From the IMG/VR virus record IMGVR_UViG_3300029319_000001: a DNA stretch of 64,000 nucleotides. One strand, given 5' to 3'. Source of the stretch: a virus. Lineage: Duplodnaviria > Caudoviricetes. The position numbers were made by a program, and so were the translations under genes. Positions within the stretch are counted from its first letter, which is position 1. The number at the start of each line of letters is the position of its first letter. The notes under the pieces were generated by a model that worked only from the letters and a program-made list of their open reading frames with translations, was not told the origin of the DNA and searched no databases. This document shows, in pieces, positions 57,401 to 64,000 of the stretch.

Positions 57401-60400
57401 ATGCAGAAAGATATAAAAATGATATACCAGCAATAGGACCATCAAGAACTCCTGCACATGATGTATTAGATTTTAGACCACAAGTTCCTGTATATGATCC
57501 AGCATCTGCTACAGTATCTCCATTCTTCTTTACTGCTAGAGATTTTACTGGAAAACCTGATAGACTTTTAACACCTAATGAGTCAGTTGTATTTGACTAT
57601 GATTTCTATCTTCCTAGAATAGACAAGTTAGTTTTACACCAAAATGGTGAATTCATCTTATTACAAGGTACACCTTCTAGACAACCAATACCTCCAGAAT
57701 CACAAGATAAAACACTTGAACTTGCTACAATTCTTCTTCCTGCATATCTTAAAAATGTAGAAGATGCAAGAGTATATCTAAAACAAAATCGTAGATATAC
57801 CATGAAAGATATTGGTAAAATTGACGATAGAGTTAAAAATTTAGAAGAAATAACTACCTTAAATCTTTTAGAAAAGAGTGCAGAATCTCTTCAAATTAGA
57901 GATGCACAAGGTTTTGATAGATTCAAATCTGGATTCTTTGTAGATGCATTTAACTCATTTAATTTTATGGCACCGAGTTCTCCTGCCGATATTGATACAG
58001 AACTTCAAGAACTCAGACCAATAAGAGAATTTGATTCTATTGCTTTACAAGTTGCTCCTAAAACAGATGTATCAGTACAACAGTTAGATCTTAGTACTGA
58101 CTTTCCATTACTTGATGATGAAAATACACAAAAGACAGGTACTCTTCTTACACTAAAATATGAAGATGAACTTTATATTGAGCAGAATTTTGCGACTAAA
58201 ACAAACAATATCAACCCATTTCATGTTGTATCATATACTGGAGAAGTTAAACTAAATCCAGCTGTTGATAATTGGATCAATACTCAAAGAACACAAAATG
58301 TTATTAGAAATACCATTGGTATTACTGTTTTCAACAATCAAGTTGCTGCTAACTTTAATGTAACCACAGCAGGAAATGGTGGTGGATCTGCAACAGTAAC
58401 AACCAATGAGGTTGGTAGAACTACACAGAGAGATGATATTAGATCTGAGAACACATTTATTGCTGAAGAAAACTTTGATCCATTCTGTCGTTCTAGAAAT
58501 GTTGAGTTTACCGCATTAGGTTTAAAACCATTTACTAATTTCTATGCATTCTTTGATAATATTGGTGGTATAGACATCGTACCAAAACTTTTAGAAGTTT
58601 ATGATGTTACAGGATCATTCCAAGTTGGAGAAACAATAAGAGGAACTATTGGTGGAACTGCATTTGAGTTTAGATTAGCTGCTCCAAATCATAAGAAAGG
58701 ACCGTTTGCTAACCCCACAGAAACATATACTGTAAATCCATATGACCAAAGTTCTACATTACCAGATGGATACTCACAGGCATCAACTATATTAAACATT
58801 GATACTGTTGCACTTTGTGCTCAAGCACAAGGAGCATTCTTTGGATTTGCACCAACTAATATGGTTCTTAGAGGATTAACTAGTGGTGCTCAAGCAAGGG
58901 TAGCAAGAGTAAGATTAGTCTCTGATAACTTTGGTGATCTAACTGGTGCTATGTGGATTAGAGATCCTAATGCAACTCCTACTCCTCAAGTAAGAATTAG
59001 ATCTGGTAATAGAACCTTTAAGTTAACATCTAGTGAAATAGATGCTGAACCCATACCAGGCAGCACATTAATTTCTAGTGGTATTGCTAGATATACAGCA
59101 ACTGGTACAACAAGACTTGTTCAAACTGATGTTAGAATTACAACCTTAGAAACTACTACGGTTACAAATCTATCAACAATTGATATACAAAGATCAGATC
59201 CACCCCCTCCTCCACCTCCACCACCACCACCTCCTGTTATTATTAACAATACTGTGGTTATTGATAGAACTAGAACTATAATTAATAACTTATTAACTGT
59301 AGGAACTAGAAGAGGCGGTACTAATCAGAGAAGGGCAAGAAGGAGAAGAAGAAGAACTCGTAGTAGAAGAAGAGACCCTTTAGCACAGTCATTTGTAACA
59401 GGACCTGAGGGTGTATATTTAACTAAGGTTGAAGTTTTCTTCGCAACAGTTAACTCTGGAACAACACCAGTAAATCTTCAGATAAGAACAGTTGAGTTAG
59501 GTTTACCTACACTTGACATTGTATCTCCTGATGCAATAGTAACCTTGCGTCCATCTGACATAACAACATCTACTGATGGTAGTGTACCAACTACATTCAC
59601 ATTTCCATCACCTGTTTACTTAGATCCTAACGAAGCTTTCTGTGTAGTTCTGCTATCAGATAGTGATGAGTATACGGTATTCTGTGGAGAAATGGGTCAG
59701 AAAGCCATTAATCAACAGACTCTTCCTTCTGCTCAAGGTAAGATTTACTCACAGCAATTTGCTATGGGTTCACTCTTTAAATCTCAAAACGGATCTACTT
59801 GGACTCCAGCTCAGTTTGAAGATATGACTTTCAAACTTTATAGAGCAAAGTTCACCTCACAAAGAGGATTGATAACATTCTTCAATCCACCTATTGAACC
59901 TAACAATAGTCAGGTTCCTCGTCTAAACTTCAACCCTATTAAAGGTCTTCCTAAGAAAGCTAAAATTGGTATTACTACCACAACTAATGCTGGATTAATT
60001 GGAACGGTATTTACTCAGGGAAGAAAAATTGGTGAGAGTAATCAAACTCATCGCTACGCATTTGTTGATGACAAAGGCGGACCTGTCGATGGTACTGTTG
60101 GTATCTTAACTGGTGGTAAAGGATACGGAACTCCTACAAACCCAGTAAGCACTTACAATATTACTGGAGATGGTTCTGGATTAACTTTAAATGTTACTGT
60201 TTCAGCTGGACTGTCTGCTATTACTGGTGCTACTGTAGTAAATGATGGTAATGGATACAAGGTAGGTGATATTGTTGGACTTACAACTGCAGATACTGGT
60301 AATGCTGGTTCTGGTGTTCGTCTTGGTATTAGTTCTATAGCAGGACTTGATACTCTGTATCTAACAAATGTTCAGGCACAGGAATTTGAGGTAACCTCTA

Positions 60401-61824
60401 ATGATTTAACCTATACTCATAGTTCAGGTCAAGTTATAGATTCTGGACTTGATATATGGCAATATGATGAAACAGGTGGACAGTACACAGGTGAATACTT
60501 TAAAGTAGATCACAGAAATCATGGAATGTATGGATCTGGTAATAAGGTTCTTATTTCTGATGCAGCATCTGATGTTCTTCCTACAGAATTAAGTGTTGAT
60601 ATTGCTTCTAATGAAACTAGCATTTCAGTTGCATCAACCAGTCAGTTTACTGAGTTTGAAGGTGCTGTAGTTAGTGCTGCTAATACTGGATATGCTTTCT
60701 TGAATAGTGAGATTATATCTTACACTAGTGTTGGTATTTCTAGTCTCGGTGGTGTTACTAGAGGAACCAATGGAACCAATGCACTAAATCATCTTCAAGG
60801 TGATGCTATTACCAAATATGAATTGAATGGTGTTTCTCTTGGAAAAATTAATACAGAGCATTCTGTAGAAACTTCTCTAGTTGGTATTGATGAATATTAC
60901 ATCAGGATTAATAGAGGATCTAGCAGAGGTTCTGATGATAACACTAATAATATTCCACAACTATCATTTGCTGAAGAAGCTTCTGGAGGTGGTAATTCAG
61001 TTTACGCATCTAAGAACATTCAGTATGATGCTATAAGGACTAATATTGATGCAACAACTTTTGGACCTACAGATTTTGTTTCTCTCACATTGAGGAGTGT
61101 TACAGGTACATCTGTTGACGGTAATGAATCATCATTTGTAGATGTTGGTTTTGAGAACATAGAACTCAATAGAGATAATCAGTTGTCATCAACAAGAATT
61201 ATCGCTTCTAGAGTTAATGAACAGAATCAATTAGGTTCTTTGGATAGGAACAAATCACATACAATTACTGTTGAATTTGATAATGGTGGAGATGATTTCA
61301 ACTCACCTACTATTAGTCTCGAAGGTGCTTCTTCTTTACTCTATGAGAATAGACTTAATGCACCAATAACTAATTATCTAACTGATCCTAGGGTTAAGCA
61401 GAGATTTAATGATCCGCATTCTGCATACTATATGTCGAATCCAATCTATATTAAGAATCCTGCAACATCTATAAGAGTTATATTTGAAGCTCGTAGACCA
61501 CCTACAACTGATTTTAGAGTTCTACATAGTACTTTAAGAGCAGATTCTAGTGAAGTTACACCTGGCTTTGAACTATTTCCTGGTTATTCAAACCTTCTAG
61601 ATATAGATGGAGATGGTATTGGTGATCAAATTATTGATCCTAATAATAATAGCGGTTTACCCGACCAATTTATTCCACCTGACGCTACTACATACCGTGA
61701 GTACCAATACACGGTAGACAACCTCCCTAGTTTTACTGGATTCCAGATTAAGATAGTCTTTACAGGGACTGATCAATCTAAACATCCTGTAATTAAAAAC
61801 CTTAGAGCAATAGCAGTAGCATGA
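54460..61824 (+). CDS. DUF4815 / VrlC-like large virion structural protein
   Basis: TNLNVSPYYDDFD...YHRVLFKPGFPVQARELSTLQSILQNQIE; DPLAQSF; SLFKSQNGSTW. Confidence 0.85.
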   Translation: MPQQTNLNVSPYYDDFDPSKGYHRVLFKPGFPVQARELSTLQSILQNQIETYGSHIFKEGALVIPGSTTFDGNYFAVQVNPTHLGTDVSVYANNVIGKRFKGQNSGVTAKVINYITATESDRDYDTFYVKYIDSSSDGDFSFFQDGEVLVAEEPITYGNTTINIGGTLASTIALNACTTGSACSIDEGVYFIRGNFVRVNKQTIILDQYNQSPSYRIGLQVLESTVSAKGDESLYDNAKGFSNFAAPGADRLQITLVLSKKNINDFDDTDFVEVLRIKEGQVFSLNRDNEYNRIRDYFAKRTYDESGNYTVNPFGINVAESLNDRLGNDGVYFKGQTTFDSNEPDDDLACLKVTAGKAYIYGYDVDVTTPQIIDFEKPRSFERVENQSFNFEMGNRFLVNNVSGITTLTERIDLMGGPIGGSLNVAGTSQKIGDAKVYGFSLRDAAYENNGTDWNLYLYDIQTYTSLQLNDNVSSDELNQSGFIVGKESGAEGYAVSAGAGSSSIQVTQTAGTFRRGEKISINGDETISRTIEKVTTFGINDVYEFAQSGNSFTASKKLNQVIPVGFGAGQFKIAADGTVTSPRADSFLIFKPGDIFSYGAANDTAGASLNVPTRNVVLTVAADGQQMKVGTMTTVTDVFDGGVKAFEGIGYRGVQDVSLQNSSLISRIPDIGVNNVDFSDSTLFLSSQVTNESSNALGQLVLPVTSVDLDDVTFVAFDQERYSVAYSNGTIQSITEDQIIITGSSITIFGLTPNQTNIRVNVTVQKSNIKNKVKEFKRCQQTEITRSVNRRSGTNPGTSINDGLNHSALYGIRVQDREICLNHPDATDIIAVLESLDTNTPVLDKLTFTSTDDIFTEAIIGEKITGSDSKAIARVISIDSGNNQISIVYLTDNKFTLLETLDFEESSATATVQATTPGKYNDITSSYLLDKGQKDQYYDYSKIVRNAGAFVPHRKLLIIYNRYDVPSGDTGDIFTVNSYDAERYKNDIPAIGPSRTPAHDVLDFRPQVPVYDPASATVSPFFFTARDFTGKPDRLLTPNESVVFDYDFYLPRIDKLVLHQNGEFILLQGTPSRQPIPPESQDKTLELATILLPAYLKNVEDARVYLKQNRRYTMKDIGKIDDRVKNLEEITTLNLLEKSAESLQIRDAQGFDRFKSGFFVDAFNSFNFMAPSSPADIDTELQELRPIREFDSIALQVAPKTDVSVQQLDLSTDFPLLDDENTQKTGTLLTLKYEDELYIEQNFATKTNNINPFHVVSYTGEVKLNPAVDNWINTQRTQNVIRNTIGITVFNNQVAANFNVTTAGNGGGSATVTTNEVGRTTQRDDIRSENTFIAEENFDPFCRSRNVEFTALGLKPFTNFYAFFDNIGGIDIVPKLLEVYDVTGSFQVGETIRGTIGGTAFEFRLAAPNHKKGPFANPTETYTVNPYDQSSTLPDGYSQASTILNIDTVALCAQAQGAFFGFAPTNMVLRGLTSGAQARVARVRLVSDNFGDLTGAMWIRDPNATPTPQVRIRSGNRTFKLTSSEIDAEPIPGSTLISSGIARYTATGTTRLVQTDVRITTLETTTVTNLSTIDIQRSDPPPPPPPPPPPPVIINNTVVIDRTRTIINNLLTVGTRRGGTNQRRARRRRRRTRSRRRDPLAQSFVTGPEGVYLTKVEVFFATVNSGTTPVNLQIRTVELGLPTLDIVSPDAIVTLRPSDITTSTDGSVPTTFTFPSPVYLDPNEAFCVVLLSDSDEYTVFCGEMGQKAINQQTLPSAQGKIYSQQFAMGSLFKSQNGSTWTPAQFEDMTFKLYRAKFTSQRGLITFFNPPIEPNNSQVPRLNFNPIKGLPKKAKIGITTTTNAGLIGTVFTQGRKIGESNQTHRYAFVDDKGGPVDGTVGILTGGKGYGTPTNPVSTYNITGDGSGLTLNVTVSAGLSAITGATVVNDGNGYKVGDIVGLTTADTGNAGSGVRLGISSIAGLDTLYLTNVQAQEFEVTSNDLTYTHSSGQVIDSGLDIWQYDETGGQYTGEYFKVDHRNHGMYGSGNKVLISDAASDVLPTELSVDIASNETSISVASTSQFTEFEGAVVSAANTGYAFLNSEIISYTSVGISSLGGVTRGTNGTNALNHLQGDAITKYELNGVSLGKINTEHSVETSLVGIDEYYIRINRGSSRGSDDNTNNIPQLSFAEEASGGGNSVYASKNIQYDAIRTNIDATTFGPTDFVSLTLRSVTGTSVDGNESSFVDVGFENIELNRDNQLSSTRIIASRVNEQNQLGSLDRNKSHTITVEFDNGGDDFNSPTISLEGASSLLYENRLNAPITNYLTDPRVKQRFNDPHSAYYMSNPIYIKNPATSIRVIFEARRPPTTDFRVLHSTLRADSSEVTPGFELFPGYSNLLDIDGDGIGDQIIDPNNNSGLPDQFIPPDATTYREYQYTVDNLPSFTGFQIKIVFTGTDQSKHPVIKNLRAIAVA

Positions 61825-62033
61825 CAAAATCATCTTTAATCCCAGTTGACGGACATCCTAATTTTTGTAGAGATAAAAACACAGGAGCTATCGTTAATAC
61901 TGATAGTTCCTCTTTCGCTGCTTACCACCAAAGGAACTCCCAAAAAAAGATGGAAAGATTAGAGATAGAAGAGATGAAGAACGACATCTCTGAGATGAAA
62001 GAAATGATGAGGAAACTAATGGCAAAGTTGTGA
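61821..62033 (+). CDS. Conserved small coiled-coil protein
   Basis: PVDGHPNFCRD..TGAIVN motif then heptads. Confidence 0.7.
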   Translation: MTKSSLIPVDGHPNFCRDKNTGAIVNTDSSSFAAYHQRNSQKKMERLEIEEMKNDISEMKEMMRKLMAKL

Positions 62034-62182
62034 AATTCTATCTTCCCAAGAAAAAACCGTTTTACGCTGCCCTAAAGATTAATCGTTGGCCAGTGAATTG
62101 GTTTGATGACAAAAAAAAGTTAAGGGAAGAGAAAGAAAGAAAAAGACAAGAAAAAATTAAAAAATTATATCCAAAAACATGA
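62030..62182 (+). CDS. 50-aa basic protein (not in ORF track)
   Basis: GTGA overlap; Lys/Arg-rich. Confidence 0.45.
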   Translation: MKFYLPKKKPFYAALKINRWPVNWFDDKKKLREEKERKRQEKIKKLYPKT

Positions 62183-62343
62183 GTAGAAATCCACACTCTG
62201 AATTCTTGAAATACCACGGTTTTACTGAGGTTGATGCACCAAGAAAAGAAGAAACTGACATGGCAGCATTAAAATCTGAAATGGCAGAAATAAAAATTAC
62301 TATGCTTCAAGTGCTGCAGGAGTTGAGGAAACTAAATACATAA
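62179..62343 (+). CDS. 54-aa coiled-coil protein (not in ORF track)
   Basis: ATGA overlap; LKSEMAEIK..M..VL..L resembles the 61821 ORF's C-terminus. Confidence 0.55.
   Translation: MSRNPHSEFLKYHGFTEVDAPRKEETDMAALKSEMAEIKITMLQVLQELRKLNT
62332..62338 (+). promoter_or_regulatory. Late promoter variant (CTAAATA)
   Basis: Upstream of ATG 62370. Confidence 0.55.
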
Positions 62344-62369
62344 TAGGATAATCCGAGTGTTGTTAACAG

Positions 62370-62708
62370 ATGGCCGTCTACATTGCAAATCTACAAATAG
62401 ATGCTGGTGTGGACTTTCAGCATGGTTTCAGCCTAGGTGATAGTGATACAGGAACATATTTGAACCTGAACAACTATACCGTTACTTCTCAAATGAGAAA
62501 ATGGGCTGGATCAACTACATCTGTTTCCTTCGCAGCTACAGTTACCGACCCTGATCAAGGTCAACTCGAAGTTTCTTTGGGTTCGACTCAAACAGTTAAT
62601 ATTAAACCTGGCCGTTATGTTTATGATGTTATATTGAGTGACGCATCTGGTTACAAATATAAGGTCGTTGAGGGTATGATCCTAGTTAGAGTAGGAGTCA
62701 CAAGGTAA
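62370..62708 (+). CDS. Virion structural protein (fibre-attachment, BppU-N-like)
   Basis: NLQIDAGVDF...SQMRK...GRYVYDV...KVVEG..LV..GVTR. Confidence 0.7.
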   Translation: MAVYIANLQIDAGVDFQHGFSLGDSDTGTYLNLNNYTVTSQMRKWAGSTTSVSFAATVTDPDQGQLEVSLGSTQTVNIKPGRYVYDVILSDASGYKYKVVEGMILVRVGVTR

Positions 62709-62710
62709 CC

Positions 62711-62923
62711 ATGCCATCTCTCAGAATAGGTACAGGCAATCAAGTAAAAGTAATCGCCAGTGGATCTCTTGGTGGAGGTTCTGGTGGTCGCTTGTCTTTA
62801 CTGTCTGATGTTAACTCAAGTAATCTTCAAGACGGAAGTTTGCTTGTATATGATGCTGCGACAAGTAATTTCGTAGCGACTAAGAATTTCCCTGCAGCAA
62901 TCATTGATGGAGGTATCTACTAG
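62711..62923 (+). CDS. Small fibre-associated protein
   Basis: LSDVN...L.DG.LLVYD....F...IDGG.Y pattern. Confidence 0.6.
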   Translation: MPSLRIGTGNQVKVIASGSLGGGSGGRLSLLSDVNSSNLQDGSLLVYDAATSNFVATKNFPAAIIDGGIY

Positions 62924-64000
62924 TGTCAGCTACCCTATTACTAAAACGAACTCTAGGAACTTCACCTCCTAATATTGCACCAGTCGGTACAGGTGTATCT
63001 TTTGGTGAACTTGTTTATACTTACGATACCAGTGATGTTGGTGCTGGTAAATCCTATAAGAAATTATATATTGGTAATCCTGCTGGTCCTACAGCAACTC
63101 CGATTGTAATCGGTGGTGAATATTATACTAGTCTAATACCAGAAAGTCCTGCCAATTATGGTAATAGGGAGGCAAACAAAGCACTTATCTTAGATTCAAA
63201 TGCTAAGGTAAAATCTTGGTCTGTAGTAACTGATTTTCATAACGCTGGTGTTGGTACTAACCAAGGAGATTTTTATGTCGGTGGTAACTTAAATGTTACT
63301 GGAGATTTAGTATATGATGAAGTAACTGGTAGAAATATTAATATAACAGGTATTGGCACGATTGCCACTATCTTCAATACTAAAGCAACCATTGCTGATG
63401 GTTCAATTAATAATCTGTTTACTGTATCAGGACTTGTTACCACTCTGACAGGTACAAGTGCTAATTACACTCAGGTTAATGTAGGACATGCTCTTACTGC
63501 TAATAATGTAGAAATTACTGGTATAACTACACTTACCAATAATCTTGATTTCTCTAGAAATTTAATTAAGATTGGTCGTGAGACTGCATCTGGTATTAGT
63601 AGTGCTGATGGATCAATATTCATTGGTGACTATGCTGCCACTGGTATGGGTCAATCGACTTCTAATAGAAGAAACATAGCGATTGGTGCCAGTGCATTAC
63701 AATATGGTGGTGTTGGAAATAATGCTGATGAATTAGAATCTAATATTGTTATGGGTAACTTTGCAGGTTATAGACTGCAAGGTACTAAAAACTTAATGGT
63801 TGGTGATAAAGTAGGTTTTGCTTTATCATCTAGTGGTAACGATGAAAACATTGCTTTGGGTAATCAGGCAATGTATGGTGACACTTTCCCTGTTGTGGAT
63901 GGTGTTACTTTAAGTATTTCAGTTGGTCAACAAACTGCTATTGCTAATCACGACGAGTCTACTGATGTAACAGAAACAAGTGGATCTGGTCAAGGTTTGA
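62923..64000 (+). CDS. Tail fibre protein, 3'-truncated by window edge (not in ORF track)
   Basis: GTG 62923, read open to the window end: LLLKR..GT.P...GELVY...KLYIG, later NIAIG/NIALG YadA-head-like repeats. Confidence 0.8.
   Translation, partial: MSATLLLKRTLGTSPPNIAPVGTGVSFGELVYTYDTSDVGAGKSYKKLYIGNPAGPTATPIVIGGEYYTSLIPESPANYGNREANKALILDSNAKVKSWSVVTDFHNAGVGTNQGDFYVGGNLNVTGDLVYDEVTGRNINITGIGTIATIFNTKATIADGSINNLFTVSGLVTTLTGTSANYTQVNVGHALTANNVEITGITTLTNNLDFSRNLIKIGRETASGISSADGSIFIGDYAATGMGQSTSNRRNIAIGASALQYGGVGNNADELESNIVMGNFAGYRLQGTKNLMVGDKVGFALSSSGNDENIALGNQAMYGDTFPVVDGVTLSISVGQQTAIANHDESTDVTETSGSGQGL

Noticed and set aside
36334-57803. Short antisense or alternate-frame ORFs inside gp6, gp7, gp8 and DUF4815
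   Set aside because: Fully nested in conserved structural genes with no independent evidence.
1-64000. tRNA, rRNA, integrase, transposase, intron or intein
   Set aside because: No cloverleaf/T-loop signatures or characteristic motifs found by eye; a tRNAscan run would be needed to exclude atypical tRNAs.

Overview
This window is a segment of a T4-like marine cyanomyophage genome (AT-rich; talC, T4-type baseplate genes and late promoters suggest a Prochlorococcus/Synechococcus host). The layout has four parts. (1) 1-8.7 kb: the end of the gp5 baseplate-hub cluster, a manA-like structured RNA, talC, a 2OG-Fe(II) oxygenase, a carbon-nitrogen hydrolase, and a convergent late cassette of five envelope-directed proteins. 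(2) 8.7-19 kb: two tail-fibre genes (one with an S74 chaperone), a Gly/collagen-like adhesin and an abutting 2OG-Fe(II) hydroxylase. (3) 19-35.8 kb: an early/accessory island with a ligase-motif protein, two halogenase-like paralogues, a restriction-like nuclease, an SF2 helicase, a HicA-like ORF, about 40 microproteins, an AbrB-like gene and a GT2-like gene. (4) 35.8-64 kb: gp25, gp6, a 4883-aa gp7, gp8, a DUF4815-type protein and a truncated fibre gene. The least explained signals are non-coding. A 21-bp semi-palindromic box sits 28-30 nt upstream of eight -10 hexamers. Two structured RNAs (24079-24383 and 29641-29713) begin at the predicted transcription starts of these promoters, and the first has an apparent terminator/antiterminator switch. 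No tRNA, CRISPR array, integrase or reverse transcriptase was seen. Family assignments come from motifs read by eye and recalled knowledge; no searches were run.
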